Assembly: GCA_964344765.1 (NCBI GenBank) | Contig: CAYFOM010000019.1 | Location: 17,879-81,878, forward strand | Direction: 5' to 3' | DNA from: an uncultured Planctomycetales bacterium | GTDB taxonomy: Bacteria > Planctomycetota > UBA1135 | DNA: 64,000 bases | In this document: one piece after another, positions 27,326 to 35,857 of the stretch | How the letters are laid out: the number at the start of each line of letters is the position of its first letter | How positions within the stretch are numbered: position 1 is the stretch's first letter | Made by a program: the position numbers and the translations under genes | Notes under the pieces: generated by a model | Database searches by the model: none | Told to the model about the DNA's origin: nothing | The model's input: only the letters and a program-made list of their open reading frames with translations

Positions 27326-27956
27326 TAGTTTCTGAGTGTTTCACTTTTTGAAATACGTAGGGTCCCTTTTCCGCGCCCCAAGCTTGAGTGTGATTATCGG
27401 TCCAGCCTCTATCCCAGCTGGTGATTGTGCCGGGAAGAAGGGTGACTTCGGAGGTGGCGTAGGCGGCGTCGCCTAGATTGGATTCGCAGCCTTTGCCTTC
27501 GGTGGAGCCAACGTATTCGCCAGGTCCTTTGTGGACTAGGGTGATGGAGCAGCCTTCGCGTAGGGTCAGGTTGCTGGGCTGGATGGCGTTGATGACGGCG
27601 GGTTTCTCCCACACGTGCACGTATTCGAGCGGGTTGCCGGGCAGCGTGTAGACGTCGCTGCGGAAGCGGCCGTTGCCTAGGTCGACTAAGTTGTAGACGC
27701 GTTGGCGATAGGGCTTGTGCAGATTTGATGCGGCGGCTTGTTCGACGTAGAGCCATGGACCGTCGCTGCGGAATTCCCAGATGGGTTCCATCACTAGCTG
27801 GATGTCGAAGAAGTTGTCCGGATCCGCTTCGGCTTGGGCGGCGGAGCTAAATGTGCCGGTGAGAGAGGCGGCTAAGTCATTGACGCAGGGTTCGGCGTCG
27901 TGGGTCGTACTGGCGCAGCCGCCTAGCAGAGCGAAAAGGATCAGCAGTCGCTTCAT
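27315..27956 (-). CDS. CpcT/CpeT-family (DUF1001) beta-barrel lipoprotein
   Basis: MKRLLILFALLGGCAS is a lipobox. LTGTFSSAAQAEADPDNFFDIQLVMEPI, LYVEQAAASNLHKPYRQRVYNL and GKGCES...SWDRGW...GPYVFQK align block for block with cyanobacterial CpcT as I remember it. Confidence 0.75.
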   Translation of the reverse strand: MKRLLILFALLGGCASTTHDAEPCVNDLAASLTGTFSSAAQAEADPDNFFDIQLVMEPIWEFRSDGPWLYVEQAAASNLHKPYRQRVYNLVDLGNGRFRSDVYTLPGNPLEYVHVWEKPAVINAIQPSNLTLREGCSITLVHKGPGEYVGSTEGKGCESNLGDAAYATSEVTLLPGTITSWDRGWTDNHTQAWGAEKGPYVFQKVKHSETITS

Positions 27957-30900
27957 TGCCGAAGAATAGCACCTTCGGGGGTAATGATTGTCACCGGGCC
28001 GAACAAGCCGGACTTCATCAACGGCGGGATTTCGGTGTAGACCGGGCGGTCCTTGCCGCGCGGCGTTGCGCCGTACCAGCTGTCCGAAGTTGGATCGGTT
28101 TGCATGCGGTCGAGATTGCTGCGCGTGTGGCGTTGATCCTCGGGGAGTAAGGAATCGCCATTCAGGCGGTTGGCCCAGAGATTGGCGACGCGCACTTGGA
28201 GGTGGTTGTTGCCGGGCTGGATGGCGTCGGTGATTTCAATCCGGAACGGCGGCAGCCAAACACAACCAAGCGATTGACCGTTCAGACTGACTTCGGCGAT
28301 TTCGGCAAGGTCGCCTAGTTGGAGGAATAACCGTTCTTGCTGCAACAACTCGGGTGATAACTCAAAGGACTTTTTGTAGGTAGCAATGCCGGAGAAGAAG
28401 CGGATGCCGTCATCACTGGATTCGGTCCAGCTTTGCAGCGTCGGGAAAGTGGTTTGCGGGGGCGCCCCCCATCCTTGCGGGAATTCAACTTGCCATGGGC
28501 CTTCTAGGGTCAATCGCAGTGGTGCCTGCGCGGCTGGGAAGGTCTCGGTTGCCAATGCATCCAACGCGTTGGGGGCAGTTTGCAAATTCGAGGCGCCAGC
28601 GGCTAGGTCGGATTCCGCCTGTTGATCTCGGAAGACAACGAACACCGATGCAAGCGGCGAAAGCTCAAGATCAAGCTCGGTATAGCCGCCGGCACTTCGC
28701 CAATTGGTGCAAGTCGATCGCTTGCCCGTTTGCGGCCACCAGAATTCCGGCACTTGGCCATTGGCTTTGGCGTCGACTCGGAAACGGCATATCAACGACT
28801 GCCCATTTCGCGTCTTGTTGCGCACGAAATAAAAGTCGTCGGTACGAGTACGGCGGTGGATGAAATCCAATGGCCCGATGTCACCGGGCTCGCGGCCAAC
28901 GACCTGGAAGTCTTCGCCGACACCCAGCTGGCGTAGAGCCGCACTGCGATCCGTCGTCAGCGTCAGGCCGCCCTTAACCCTAGATCCGGGCCCACGCCCC
29001 CACAGTTCATCGGCGATTCGCAGCATTTCCGCTGTTTGCTTTTCCGAGTCATGAAGGCCGGGAGTATGCGTGGGTTTTTGATTCGCGATGACCGTCGCAC
29101 CTTCGGCGAGCAACTCACGAATGCGTTGCAATACCAAAAGTGGAATGTGTTTCTGATCGGGCAAGACCAACGCGGCATAACTCATGCCGTCGGGCAAAAC
29201 GATTCGGCCGTCGGCGACACGCATGCGCTCCAAAATGACTTGCGATGAACAAACGTCGTAGTCGTAACCGGCATTCAACCCTTCCAGCAATGGGTGCTCC
29301 GGCACGTTGCACAATGGCGGATAAAAGTTTGGCGCTTGGTCGCCGTAGTAATAGCAAACGTCGGCAACAAACCAGCCTTGGCGCAGCATGTAAGAGCAGC
29401 GGGCCAAATAATCCAGAAACGCGCCCGCCATCGGCCACCAGGTCGCGGTTGGGTTGATGTCGGTACCGGCGTGATAAGCCCACCCCGGCAAACCGGCTTC
29501 GGGCGGCGAGCTGGCGAAGGTGTGAAGGGAGAAGTTATTCAATCCTTCGCACAGTGCACGGTCGGCATGATCTTTGTGATTCAGCGGTCCATCCACCCAG
29601 CGCCGCCAAGTAGTAAACGCTTCGGCGTCAACCAATCGCTTGCCGTAAACATGCGCGGCCGACGCAATTTCTTTGACCAAAAATATGCCGCGATGACGAA
29701 TCCAAAATTCGCCGCGCGGAATATCCACCGCCCCCAACGCTTTGACCCCGTCGACCGGATTCGACGCCCAAATCGGCGGCCCCGGTCCACCCGATTCGGC
29801 GATCAACTTGACGCCATAACGATTCAAAAACGTGCGCCCGGTGACGTAATGTGCGTCGATCAATCGATCGCTAACTAGCTTGCGCCAGTCGTATAAGAAT
29901 CGTTCGTTCTGCTTTGAGTCGGCCAACTTCCAACCAAGCAATAGCGGCAAGTACGGGATCACGTCGTAACCGACACGGCGCTGGAAGGCGTCGGCCATCG
30001 AGTTGTTCCACGGAGTGAAGCCGTCCAGCTCCATGCTGTCGAATTCCATCGTTTGGAAGCTGGTACCGACAAAAGACTCGCGGCCCAGTTCGTTCAAAAT
30101 CGTAGAGACAATGTGATGGAGGTGAAACTCGGTCGCTGCCGGATCAAAAAAGTCGATCATCGGTCCGCCCGAATTCGGACTAGGGACAATCAACTGTTGG
30201 CCATGGTTGCTGCAAACAAAGCGCAACACCGTCCAATCACCCGCTGGAGCCTTCCAGTGCAGCTTGCCGGCTGCGTCGACCTTCGAGGTTAAATCGATGA
30301 CCTGATTGACGCCGCCGATGACCTGCTCACTGCTCGACGGCACCGCCAATACCGCGACCTCATGTAGATAAATCGGTTTACCGTCGCCGTCGCGCGGGCA
30401 GTTGCGTGGCAATTCCGGCAACGGCAAGTCCACAATCAACGGCTTCGCTTTCTTTCCGCCCAATGACCCGGATCCGCTCACGCTCGTGGCCGAGACATAA
30501 AGCCCCTTGCCAGCATGTTGCGGCGAAATCCACGAACCGCCTGCATTCCAACCACTGGAAGCCACCAAGCCGATTTCTAAACCCAATCGATCCGCTTCAC
30601 GAATGGCATGTGCAATCAGCCGCGTCGACTCCGGGCCCAAAAACTCCGGTCCGGCGGGCACGCGCCCATCCGGATCCGCATGAGCCGCCACATCCCAAAT
30701 CTCGCCGCCGCGCATACCGCCGCGCTTCATCTCTTCCAAATCACGCGTGATCTGCTCCTCGCGAATCGACCCATTCAGCCAATCCCAAAACGACCCCGGT
30801 CGCGCGTGCAAAGGGGGAGCGGCAAACAATTCTGGCGAGAGTTGATCGTCGGCACGCGATTGAGGAATACCGGTTCTGGCCTCAAAGGATTCCTCGGTGG

Positions 30901-31000
30901 CATCTACGACCGATTTGGAATGGGTCGAGCAACTCACACCCAAAAAGGCGGTCACCAGCAGAGCAATTGTGGAGCGTTTGGCCGTTGGGGCAGCGGTCAT
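27953..31000 (-). CDS. Large glycoside-hydrolase-like lipoprotein (GH106-like N-terminus, jelly-roll sugar-binding C-terminus)
   Basis: From ATG 31000: MTAAPTAKRSTIALLVTAFLGVSCS. FWDWLNGSIREEQITRDLEEMKRGGMRGGEIWDV resembles the GH106 rhamnosidase-family N-terminal block. The C-terminal VSLNGQSLGCVWLPPFRIEITDAIQPGNNHLQVRVANLWANRL is typical of the GH2-type sugar-binding domain. The track ORF's upstream 92 codons run through tRNA-Pro and were trimmed. Confidence 0.6.
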   Translation of the reverse strand: MTAAPTAKRSTIALLVTAFLGVSCSTHSKSVVDATEESFEARTGIPQSRADDQLSPELFAAPPLHARPGSFWDWLNGSIREEQITRDLEEMKRGGMRGGEIWDVAAHADPDGRVPAGPEFLGPESTRLIAHAIREADRLGLEIGLVASSGWNAGGSWISPQHAGKGLYVSATSVSGSGSLGGKKAKPLIVDLPLPELPRNCPRDGDGKPIYLHEVAVLAVPSSSEQVIGGVNQVIDLTSKVDAAGKLHWKAPAGDWTVLRFVCSNHGQQLIVPSPNSGGPMIDFFDPAATEFHLHHIVSTILNELGRESFVGTSFQTMEFDSMELDGFTPWNNSMADAFQRRVGYDVIPYLPLLLGWKLADSKQNERFLYDWRKLVSDRLIDAHYVTGRTFLNRYGVKLIAESGGPGPPIWASNPVDGVKALGAVDIPRGEFWIRHRGIFLVKEIASAAHVYGKRLVDAEAFTTWRRWVDGPLNHKDHADRALCEGLNNFSLHTFASSPPEAGLPGWAYHAGTDINPTATWWPMAGAFLDYLARCSYMLRQGWFVADVCYYYGDQAPNFYPPLCNVPEHPLLEGLNAGYDYDVCSSQVILERMRVADGRIVLPDGMSYAALVLPDQKHIPLLVLQRIRELLAEGATVIANQKPTHTPGLHDSEKQTAEMLRIADELWGRGPGSRVKGGLTLTTDRSAALRQLGVGEDFQVVGREPGDIGPLDFIHRRTRTDDFYFVRNKTRNGQSLICRFRVDAKANGQVPEFWWPQTGKRSTCTNWRSAGGYTELDLELSPLASVFVVFRDQQAESDLAAGASNLQTAPNALDALATETFPAAQAPLRLTLEGPWQVEFPQGWGAPPQTTFPTLQSWTESSDDGIRFFSGIATYKKSFELSPELLQQERLFLQLGDLAEIAEVSLNGQSLGCVWLPPFRIEITDAIQPGNNHLQVRVANLWANRLNGDSLLPEDQRHTRSNLDRMQTDPTSDSWYGATPRGKDRPVYTEIPPLMKSGLFGPVTIITPEGAILRQ

Positions 31001-31086
31001 GGCAAGCGAGGCAAGGGAGTCAATGCTCGACCTTACGAAACGCTTCCTGCGTCGGCATCCAAATCGCCGGATTCCCTGAATAAAAA

Positions 31087-31164
31087 TGGTCGGGGCGAGA
31101 AGATTCGAACTTCCGACCTCTGCAACCCCATTGCAGCGCGCTAGCCAGGCTGCGCCACGCCCCG
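31087..31164 (-). tRNA. tRNA-Pro (anticodon GGG), CCA encoded
   Basis: The reverse complement is CGGGGCGTGGCGCAGCCTGGCTAGCGCGCTGCAATGGGGTTGCAGAGGTCGGAAGTTCGAATCTTCTCGCCCCGACCA. Acceptor CGGGGCG/CGCCCCG, D stem GCGC/GCGC, anticodon stem CTGCA/TGCAG with loop ATGGGGT, and T loop TTCGAAT. Confidence 0.9.
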
Positions 31165-31288
31165 ACCGAAGGGCGCATAGTCTAGCAATGCTTCTCCAGC
31201 ATGCTAGTCCCAACTGGTAAAGACCCGTTTCGGTGCTTATCCTCTGGGAATTGCCCTGGGATTTCCATCCTGGCACTCTGGTTTAGCT

Positions 31289-33022
31289 GTGAACATTTCC
31301 TCCATCGCACTCAGGCTGGCCGCTTTCAGCCTTCTCATGGTCCCGTTGGCTTCGGCCCAAAGCCAGCTACCCACCGAAGACCCGCCCATCGATCAGCTAC
31401 ACCCAATGTTGGCCGAAACCATTGAGGCAGGGCCCTATCAGGCGAGCTGGGCATCGCTGACCACCCACCCACTGCCGGCTTGGTTCCAACGCGACAAGAT
31501 AGGGTTGAGCGCGCACTGGGGGCCGTATGCCGTGCCGGGTTGGACTCCGCGCAAGGACACGCCTTATGGAGTGGCTTATGCCGAATGGTATTGGCAGTGG
31601 ATGCGTAGCAATCAAGCGGTCAAGGACTACCACAAGCAGACCTACGGCGACGTGCCGTACGACGCGTTCATTGACGGCACGAAGAATTTGACCACCGGCG
31701 AGATTGATGGTTTCTTCACCAAGGATTTCGATGCCGACAAGTTGATGAAGGAATTCAAAAACGCCGGCGTGCGCTACTTTTTTATCACTTCAAAACACCA
31801 CGACGGTTTCTGTTTATGGGATTCCAAATACACCGATCGCAACTCGGCCAAGATGGGACCGAAGCGCGATCTTTTACGCGAACTCACCGACGCTGCGCGC
31901 GCGCATGACATCCGCATTGGCTTTTACTATTCGTTCTATGAGTGGTTCAATCCGATCTACCGCGGCGAGGATGATTTGTCGAAATACAAGGGAATTAAAG
32001 CGCTCAGCGATGAGGATGGCGACGGCAATTCCAACGAGTACGTCGACGACTTCATGATCCCGCAAATCAAAGAGTTGATCGACAACTATCAGCCCGACTA
32101 CCTGTGTTTTGACGGCGAATGGGATCACGGTTACCCCTATTGGCGCGCACGTCAAATCGCCGCGTACTACTACAACCAAGCGGCGGCGCGCGGACAGGAG
32201 GTGGTGTTGAATGACCGCTATGGTCAAAAGAAGGAAGGTACTTCCGATACACGCGGCGTCTACGGCGACTTATATCACGTCGAATATCACGCCAACATCG
32301 ACCGCGCCAAGCCTTGGGCAATGTGGCGCGGCTTCGGCAATAGCTACGGCTACAACCAGAACGAGCATCCGGACAACATCCTCAGCATCGGCGATACGTT
32401 GCGCATGGTGGTTGATGTAGTCGCCGAAAACGGTAACGTAGAATTCAACCTAGGCCCCAAAGCCGACGGCACCTTGGCCGCGTTTGAAAGCGAGCGATTG
32501 GCGGCGATGGGCGCGTGGTTGAGGGTCAACGGCGAAGCGATTTACGGCACAACAAAAAGTCCGATCGGCGTGCTGCCCAACGGACGCGTGACTCACAAGG
32601 CTTCGAATAACACGCTTTACTTCCACGTTTATGACTGGCCGAAAAACGGTGTGGTGGAGCTTCCCGGCGTCAAAAATCAAATCCTTGGCGCCCATTTACT
32701 CGCCGATCCAACGGCCAAGTTGTCGTGGAGCTATCCCAAGGACGGAGTGGTTCGCATTCAAGTGCCGGTGCCGGCAATAAACCCGCACATCAACGTGATT
32801 GCATTGCAATACGAAGGCAAGCTGGATGCTGCACCCTATGTCCCATCCATCAGCGCAGACGACCAAGGCACATTCCATCTCCAAGCCGCCGAGGCAAGCA
32901 TTCACGGCAAACGCCTAGTGCTTGAAAGCCACACCAACGCGCTCGGCGTTTGGTACGACTCGTCCGATTACCCCGAGTGGATTCTTGATGTTGAAAAAGC
33001 AGGCAAATCACCGTCGAATTGA
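31289..33022 (+). CDS. Alpha-L-fucosidase (GH29), C-terminal binding module cut off by an apparent frameshift
   Basis: GTG start and a signal-like N-terminus. GLSAHWGPYAVPGW, AEWYW and FFITSKHHDGFCLWDSKYT are GH29 signatures. It ends ...EWILDVEKAGKSPSN* in the middle of a CBM-like domain. Confidence 0.85.
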   Translation: MNISSIALRLAAFSLLMVPLASAQSQLPTEDPPIDQLHPMLAETIEAGPYQASWASLTTHPLPAWFQRDKIGLSAHWGPYAVPGWTPRKDTPYGVAYAEWYWQWMRSNQAVKDYHKQTYGDVPYDAFIDGTKNLTTGEIDGFFTKDFDADKLMKEFKNAGVRYFFITSKHHDGFCLWDSKYTDRNSAKMGPKRDLLRELTDAARAHDIRIGFYYSFYEWFNPIYRGEDDLSKYKGIKALSDEDGDGNSNEYVDDFMIPQIKELIDNYQPDYLCFDGEWDHGYPYWRARQIAAYYYNQAAARGQEVVLNDRYGQKKEGTSDTRGVYGDLYHVEYHANIDRAKPWAMWRGFGNSYGYNQNEHPDNILSIGDTLRMVVDVVAENGNVEFNLGPKADGTLAAFESERLAAMGAWLRVNGEAIYGTTKSPIGVLPNGRVTHKASNNTLYFHVYDWPKNGVVELPGVKNQILGAHLLADPTAKLSWSYPKDGVVRIQVPVPAINPHINVIALQYEGKLDAAPYVPSISADDQGTFHLQAAEASIHGKRLVLESHTNALGVWYDSSDYPEWILDVEKAGKSPSN

Positions 33023-33255
33023 TGGTGGCTTGCTTGCCCGCCGAAGCCGGAGGGCATTTCCAAATCCAAATCAACGGCAAGTCGGTCGGACCCAAAATCA
33101 AAGTTGCAAGCACCGGAAGTTGGATTGACTTCGCACCGATTCAAATGAGTCCGTTGGACCTACCTGCCGGCAAAACCAGCCTGCGCGTCCGCAGCTTTAA
33201 AGCCAACAGCCCGCTGATGAACCTGCGCAGCGTGCGCTTAAGCCCGCTCGATTAA
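33019..33255 (+). pseudogene. Detached C-terminal part of the fucosidase carbohydrate-binding-like module (shifted frame)
   Basis: This frame is open from 32995 and reads ...ITVELMVACLPAEAGGHFQIQINGKSVGPKIKVASTGSWIDFAPIQMSPLDLPAGKTSLRVRSFKANSPLMNLRSVRLSPLD. It continues the AGK-(Y)TVEL... pattern expected after the upstream ORF. Confidence 0.6.
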
Positions 33256-33269
33256 GTCCAACGCAAAAA

Positions 33270-33761
33270 CTACTTCTTGTAGCGATAAACGCCGCGCTGC
33301 CCCGGCGATTCTTCGGTCGACAACATCAGCTCCAACACCTCGACGTCAGGTAGCTGCTCGGCAATGCGCTTCAACAGCTCTTTGCCCAACCAACCGCTGA
33401 GGTTCTCGACCGAGATGTTGTTCAACGGCAGCACGATGCAATCCCCAATCGGCGCGGCGTAATAACTTTCGCGGTAGCGCACTTCCATGACGCCATCTTC
33501 GCGGGCGTTGTACGTCAGTACCGGGTGCTCGCCGGGAATAACAAAGTGCTGATCCATCTCGTCGCAGATCCGCTTCAAAATCGGCTTGATCACGTTGAAA
33601 TCAATGACCAATCCATATTTGCTCAGAGCACAATGAATCTCGGCGCGAATGCGGTAGTTATGCCCGTGCAACCGCTCCTGACTTCCGTCGGGAAAAATCA
33701 GAAAGTGAGCAATGGCGAAGTTGAAGTACTCCTTCTCGAGCTGAATGGACCAAGTTTGCAT
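33270..33761 (-). CDS. queD: 6-carboxy-5,6,7,8-tetrahydropterin synthase / 6-pyruvoyl-tetrahydropterin synthase family
   Basis: FNFAIAHFLIFPDGSQERLHGHNYRIRAEI is the PTPS/QueD His triad context. 163 aa. Confidence 0.8.
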   Translation of the reverse strand: MQTWSIQLEKEYFNFAIAHFLIFPDGSQERLHGHNYRIRAEIHCALSKYGLVIDFNVIKPILKRICDEMDQHFVIPGEHPVLTYNAREDGVMEVRYRESYYAAPIGDCIVLPLNNISVENLSGWLGKELLKRIAEQLPDVEVLELMLSTEESPGQRGVYRYKK

Positions 33762-33790
33762 GGCGACGACCTATGACTGCAAGTGCGGGA

Positions 33791-34678
33791 TTAAAACTGG
33801 ATCGACGACAGCGGGAAGACCGGCCCTTCTTGGCAGGTCCGCGCCCACGGCCATTTGCCTAATGGACCATCCGGATGTGTGGCAACCGGGCAGCCATTGC
33901 AGACGCCATAGCCACAGCCCATGTAAGTTTCCAAACTCAATTCGGCGTCGAGGTTTTGGGCACGCGCGTAATCGGCAAAGCCGTGCAGGAAGCCGGCCGG
34001 ACCGCATGCGCAGTACAGCGCACCATCGGGAATGTTGCCGGCGGCGCGTTGTGCTTCCAGGTTTTGAATCACATTGCCGCTGAAGCCATGGCTACCGTCG
34101 TCGGTGGACAGCAGCGTTTGCACGCCGCAATCCAAAAACGCCTCGTGGTCGTACAACCGCACCTTGGTGCGCCCGCCGAGGAAGAACCACGTGCGTTCAC
34201 TCGCCCCCGCCGCCAAGCGTTGGCGCGCGTACATCAAAAACGGCGCCGAGCCGACGCCGCCGGCCAACAGCACCACCGGGCGATCTATGTCGGGCAAGGT
34301 GAAACCGTTGCCCAGTGGGAAGGTCATGTCCAAAACCGAGCCCGGTGCCATCTTGCCTAGCGCTTTGGTTCCCACACCCAGTTCCTGAATCAGAAAGCTG
34401 ATGCGGTTTTCGCCAATCACGTCGTACAAACTGAACGGCCGCGGCAACACCGGTCCACTGCCATCGGCCGGCGACAGCATTGCAAACCAACCAGGGCTGC
34501 AAGTCGCGACGGAACTGCCGTCGGCGGCGGGAACAGGCGTGCAACCGACGATGGGCTCGGCAGTTTCCACTTCGAGCACAAAGGCGTCGGGCCCGCAGCG
34601 GCGGCTGGCGACCACGGTTGCGGTTTGGGTTACGGCGATTTTGCCGTTGGAAGAAGGCGAGGCGGTTGGGGTTGCCAT
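33791..34678 (-). CDS. PyrK-like FAD/NAD(P)-binding oxidoreductase with a C-terminal 2Fe-2S motif
   Basis: RPFSLY (FAD), LLAGGVGSAPF (NAD), YCACGPAGF, and C-terminal MGCGYGVCNGCPV, as in the dihydroorotate dehydrogenase electron-transfer subunit family. Confidence 0.7.
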   Translation of the reverse strand: MATPTASPSSNGKIAVTQTATVVASRRCGPDAFVLEVETAEPIVGCTPVPAADGSSVATCSPGWFAMLSPADGSGPVLPRPFSLYDVIGENRISFLIQELGVGTKALGKMAPGSVLDMTFPLGNGFTLPDIDRPVVLLAGGVGSAPFLMYARQRLAAGASERTWFFLGGRTKVRLYDHEAFLDCGVQTLLSTDDGSHGFSGNVIQNLEAQRAAGNIPDGALYCACGPAGFLHGFADYARAQNLDAELSLETYMGCGYGVCNGCPVATHPDGPLGKWPWARTCQEGPVFPLSSIQF

Positions 34679-34704
34679 CGGCCAAATTCTACACTTGTGG
34701 AGTC

Positions 34705-35160
34705 ATGGCACCTCCCCCTACCGCAGCTTCCGGAACAACTACCGACCCCGTGCTCGCCGCCGGCGTGGTTTTGTGGTCCGGCAGCGTCGAGCAACCGCGT
34801 TTTTTGTTGCTGCAGAACTCGCTGCACCAAACCTGGGGATTGAGCAAGGGTCACCTCAACAGCGGCGAAGAATTGATCGCCGGTGCGCTGCGCGAAACCG
34901 AGGAAGAAACCGGCTACGTGCTCACCGCCGAAGACCTGCGCGGTGATTTTTCCGACACCTCGATTTACCAACCTAAAGAGGGCTTGTGGAAGCGGGTCGT
35001 CAACTTCCTCGCCGCGCAGCCGGTCGACATCGACGCATTGCAAGTATCCGACGAGCATCAAGACGTGCGCTGGCTGGCGCTGGAAGAGGCGCTGCAAATC
35101 GTCGAGCACGATGCGCTGCGCCGCACGCTGATCCGCGCCGCCTATCGATTGAACCGCTAG
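34705..35160 (+). CDS. NUDIX hydrolase
   Basis: Nudix box GHLNSGEELIAGALRETEEETGY. ATG 34705 is chosen within the track ORF. Confidence 0.8.
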   Translation: MAPPPTAASGTTTDPVLAAGVVLWSGSVEQPRFLLLQNSLHQTWGLSKGHLNSGEELIAGALRETEEETGYVLTAEDLRGDFSDTSIYQPKEGLWKRVVNFLAAQPVDIDALQVSDEHQDVRWLALEEALQIVEHDALRRTLIRAAYRLNR

Positions 35161-35201
35161 CAAACCGCTTCCAACTCACCTTCCCATCCGCATTCCCCGC
35201 T

Positions 35202-35822
35202 TTGACGTCCACCATTCTCAGTCCGCAAGCCGCGCTCGAGCTGCTGGAACAACACTCGCCGCCGGGCGAGACGTGGCCGACCCATTGCCGCCAGGTCGCG
35301 CGCGTGGCCCGAACCCTGGCCGACGCGGTCGCCGCTGCCGGCGCTCCCATCGAACCGGCCGACGTCGAGGCGATGGCGCTGGTGCATGACATCGGCCGCA
35401 GCGTTGAGCACAGTTACTTGCATGGCTGGCAGGGTTTTGTGCTGATGCGCGATTTGGGTCATGCAGCGACCGGGCGAGGCTGCATTACTCATTGGCTAAA
35501 AGGCCGCAGCGAGGCCGAGTTGTTGGAAAGTCGCATTCCCAATGATTTCCTCGAAGAGGTGCTTTGCTGCCTGCAGCCGCGCGAGTGGACGCTGGCCGAC
35601 AGCATTATTTCGGTAGCCGACTCCAGCGTGGCCGGCGTCGAAATCGTGCCATTGGAAGAGCGCCACGCCGATTTGGCACGGCGATACGGCAAGTCGGATT
35701 GGCTGGACCGTCACGAGCAGCTCGCCGCGCAGCAATTAGCGCAAATCGGCACGGTGGTAGGCAATGGCGATGAAGCCGCCCGAGCGTTGATCGCTCCGTT
35801 GTACGGCATCCGAAACTGCTAA
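35202..35822 (+). CDS. HD-domain phosphohydrolase-like protein
   Basis: H...ALVHDIGR is an HD motif. The start is uncertain: TTG 35202 is the first plausible start after the NUDIX stop, and no in-frame ATG lies upstream of the HD motif. Confidence 0.55.
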   Translation: MTSTILSPQAALELLEQHSPPGETWPTHCRQVARVARTLADAVAAAGAPIEPADVEAMALVHDIGRSVEHSYLHGWQGFVLMRDLGHAATGRGCITHWLKGRSEAELLESRIPNDFLEEVLCCLQPREWTLADSIISVADSSVAGVEIVPLEERHADLARRYGKSDWLDRHEQLAAQQLAQIGTVVGNGDEAARALIAPLYGIRNC

Positions 35823-35857
35823 TCTGTGCGGCAAACCGGATTCACCGACCCCTGAAA

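Noticed and set aside
31001-31276. N-terminal extension of the glycoside hydrolase ORF
   Set aside because: The extension reads straight through tRNA-Pro (31087-31164). ATG 31000 gives a lipoprotein signal (FLGVSCS).
31271-31287. TGGCACTCTGGTTTAGC upstream of the fucosidase
   Set aside because: The -12 position reads TTTA instead of TTGC. The GTG start codon is 2 nt downstream, leaving no room for a leader.
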